Part shown: positions 63,251 to 64,000 of the stretch, in pieces
Layout of the letters: every line of letters begins with the position of its first letter
Numbering within the stretch: the stretch's first letter is position 1
IMG/VR virus record: IMGVR_UViG_3300037493_001906
Span: 1-64,000 of that record
Direction: 5' to 3' (one strand)
Length of the DNA: 64,000 nucleotides
DNA from: a virus
Made by a program: the position numbers and the translations under genes
Notes under the pieces: generated by a model
What the model was told of the DNA's origin: nothing
The model's input: only the letters and a program-made list of their open reading frames with translations
Databases searched by the model: none

Positions 63251-63973
63251 TTAACAGTTATTACAAGAATTACAATCTGAACAACCTGACTCACAATTAT
63301 TAGGACAAACAGGTTTAATATAACCAGGTCTTACTGGTCTTTCATTAGTTAACTTTGGTGGTTTAGGTGTAGGAATACATTGCTCACATCCTGTTTGCGT
63401 TGAAGTATCTGTAAAAGATACAGCTACATCAAGTGTTGCAGGTTCACCCTCACAAAATGGATCATATAATACCTTATAGCATTTAGTACCAAATTTTAAT
63501 ATTACTGTAGTATTAGCATATTGAGTTAAATTTGGATCTATTACATAGTCAAAGTCTGTTGCATCTTCACAATTAACTAATAGAAAACATCCTCTACATT
63601 TACTACAATCACTTAAAGTGTTTACTACAATAACATTTGTTTTTGTACCAGTACAAGTTTCAGGAATAGATACTCTCCAACATACTGTACTTCCTTGTAT
63701 TGTTATAACCTTATTTATATAAGTAGATAAATTAACAAGTGTTAATAATGTATTTGAAGAATTTGAACAATCAGTTAGTTTATATGCACCAGTACATTCA
63801 CAGCATTCAACATATGATCTAAGTACTGCTACTTCTGTTGTTAATCCTGTACATGATTCTGCAAGTTGAACATGCCAACAATTAGGTGTATCTGGAGGAA
63901 AAAGAGGACCTACTATAACTATTACTTCATTTAAGTAAAGTGATAAATCAGTAATAACATCAAGAGTATACAT
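63251..63973 (-). CDS. Cys-rich repeat structural protein (240 aa); paralogous repeats to 62210..63247
   Basis: Units YKLTDC...CWRV...SDCSKC and FLLVNC...CYKV...GCEQC, plus an N-terminal partial unit. Confidence 0.75.
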   Translation of the reverse strand: MYTLDVITDLSLYLNEVIVIVGPLFPPDTPNCWHVQLAESCTGLTTEVAVLRSYVECCECTGAYKLTDCSNSSNTLLTLVNLSTYINKVITIQGSTVCWRVSIPETCTGTKTNVIVVNTLSDCSKCRGCFLLVNCEDATDFDYVIDPNLTQYANTTVILKFGTKCYKVLYDPFCEGEPATLDVAVSFTDTSTQTGCEQCIPTPKPPKLTNERPVRPGYIKPVCPNNCESGCSDCNSCNNC

Positions 63974-64000
63974 TGGAAATTGACAATTTACTAATGTATA

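Noticed and set aside
9922-63998. TAnnTTAG boxes as host sigma-A promoters (9922, 10422, 47246, 63991)
   Set aside because: Six fixed bases in about 70% AT DNA are expected many times by chance. Kept only as a supporting remark, not called as features.
1-64000. Stop-codon reassignment (TAG or TGA), as seen in some crAss-like phages
   Set aside because: Genes of up to 3947 codons are open in the standard code, and TAG and TGA both end genes at tight junctions. The only suggestive in-frame TGA is the polymerase uORF.
1-64000. tRNA, rRNA or CRISPR arrays
   Set aside because: No cloverleaf with T-loop/CCA and no regularly spaced repeats were found. The intergenic spaces are too short and are otherwise explained.

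Overview
A 64 kb AT-rich segment of a crAss-like (Crassvirales-type, Bacteroidota-infecting) dsDNA phage genome, read with the standard genetic code. The + strand (1-14117) holds early and replication genes: small hypotheticals, a GIY-YIG-like nuclease, a metallopeptidase-VWA protein and its MoxR AAA+ partner, a PD-(D/E)XK nuclease, a family B DNA polymerase, a DUF932-like protein and an all-alpha NTP-pyrophosphatase-like protein. These converge on a strong intrinsic terminator at about 14137-14171. The - strand (14171-63973) holds virion genes: Cys-rich and FN3 tail-associated proteins, an IHF-like protein, two probable tail ring proteins, a 1816 aa muzzle/stabilization protein, three cargo-like proteins punctuated by xxGG/LPKAQ motifs, and four large cargo proteins including a 3947 aa virion RNA polymerase (R-I-P and DYDID motifs). 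Two mobile elements are missing from the ORF track. One is a complete group I intron (4378-5483) that splits the MoxR Walker A motif and carries a GIY-YIG homing endonuclease in its P1 loop. The other is a free-standing EndoVII-type endonuclease flanked by two diverged copies of the host gene's last 23 codons. The most striking unexplained pattern is in the four consecutive large cargo proteins (8059 aa). They contain only 7 Cys, and 6 of them sit at exactly the termini that face each other in gene order, suggesting a head-to-tail linked chain. One member of that chain is a Pol-beta-type nucleotidyltransferase. All family calls come from motifs read by eye; no database searches were run.
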